Source: a bacterium | GTDB lineage: Bacteria > Patescibacteriota > Microgenomatia > JAADGY01 | Length of the DNA: 24,528 bases | NCBI GenBank assembly: GCA_013152165.1 | Contig: JAADGY010000061.1 | Location: 1-24,528 of the forward strand | Direction: 5' to 3' | In this document: positions 24,271-24,528 of the stretch, one piece after another | Position numbering within the stretch: the first letter of the stretch is position 1 | Layout: every line of letters starts with the position of its first letter | Program-made: the position numbers and the translations under genes | Notes under the pieces: model-generated | What the model was told of the DNA's origin: nothing | What the model saw: the letters and a program-made list of their open reading frames with translations, nothing else | Database searches by the model: none

Positions 24271-24528
24271 TCAAAGGTCAAAAGGCAAAGGGCAGAAATA
24301 AGTAATAAGATAAAAATCCTAAATTCTAAATTCGAAGCTCCAAATAAACTCGAAATACTAAATCACAAATTTTAAATAATCCACCTGCGGTGGCGGAGAA
24401 ATTGAGAGAGAGTGAAAAACCCAATCCAACAACCGTTCCCGGAACGCGGGGATAAGTTGTAATAAGTAAAAAGAAAGATAAAAGAATCCGGGAACGAAAG
24501 GAGGGAGTAATTTTTCCAGATTTTCGAT
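24271..24528. repeat. Heptamer tracts plus composite intergenic repeat, copy C (runs off the window end)
   Basis: TCAAAGG TCAAAAG GCAAAGG; CTAAATT CTAAATT; CCACCTGCGGTGG 24381; CGTTCCCGGAACG 24434-24446; tccgggaacgaaaggagggagtaat..ttcgat as at 258-299. Confidence 0.85.

Noticed and set aside
24081-24281. 66-aa ORF
   Set aside because: Spans the tRNA-Ala gene on the same strand
1-24528. Whole window as a composite transposon or genomic island between terminal direct repeats
   Set aside because: The cargo is essential single-copy housekeeping genes; no transposase or integrase; the repeats are diverged and also occur internally

Overview
Housekeeping-rich bacterial chromosome segment using standard code 11 (TGA and TAG both act as stops). 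By inference it comes from a small-genome Patescibacteria/Microgenomates-type organism: ThrRS lacks the TGS domain, IleRS is type 2, PBP1A has a Pro/Thr tail, first genes look leaderless, and intergenic DNA is rich in short palindromes. Gene order: [repeat cluster] <-rnc <-nusB <-rpmF <-recG <-38-aa membrane ORF <-tyrS | tyrA-pheA fusion-> <-speD | Asp-box surface protein-> PBP1A-> interrupted ORF-> <-rplT <-rpmI <-infC <-thrS <-Thr-rich leader | xseA-> xseB-> <-parB <-rpmA <-methyltransferase <-rplU <-rodA/ftsW <-ileS <-tRNA-Ala(CGC) [repeat cluster]. The best novel signal is a complete ribosome-dependent attenuator upstream of thrS, absent from the ORF track: a promoter, an apparently leaderless 15-aa peptide with 5 Thr, and mutually exclusive 1:2, 2:3 and 3:4 helices ending in a U7 terminator. 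Also notable are a plant-type TyrA fused to an ACT-less dehydratase domain, leaderless promoter geometry at nine genes, and a modular family of intergenic palindromes and heptamer repeats that brackets both window ends. No database searches or folding programs were run; all calls rest on motif recognition and manual base-pairing.
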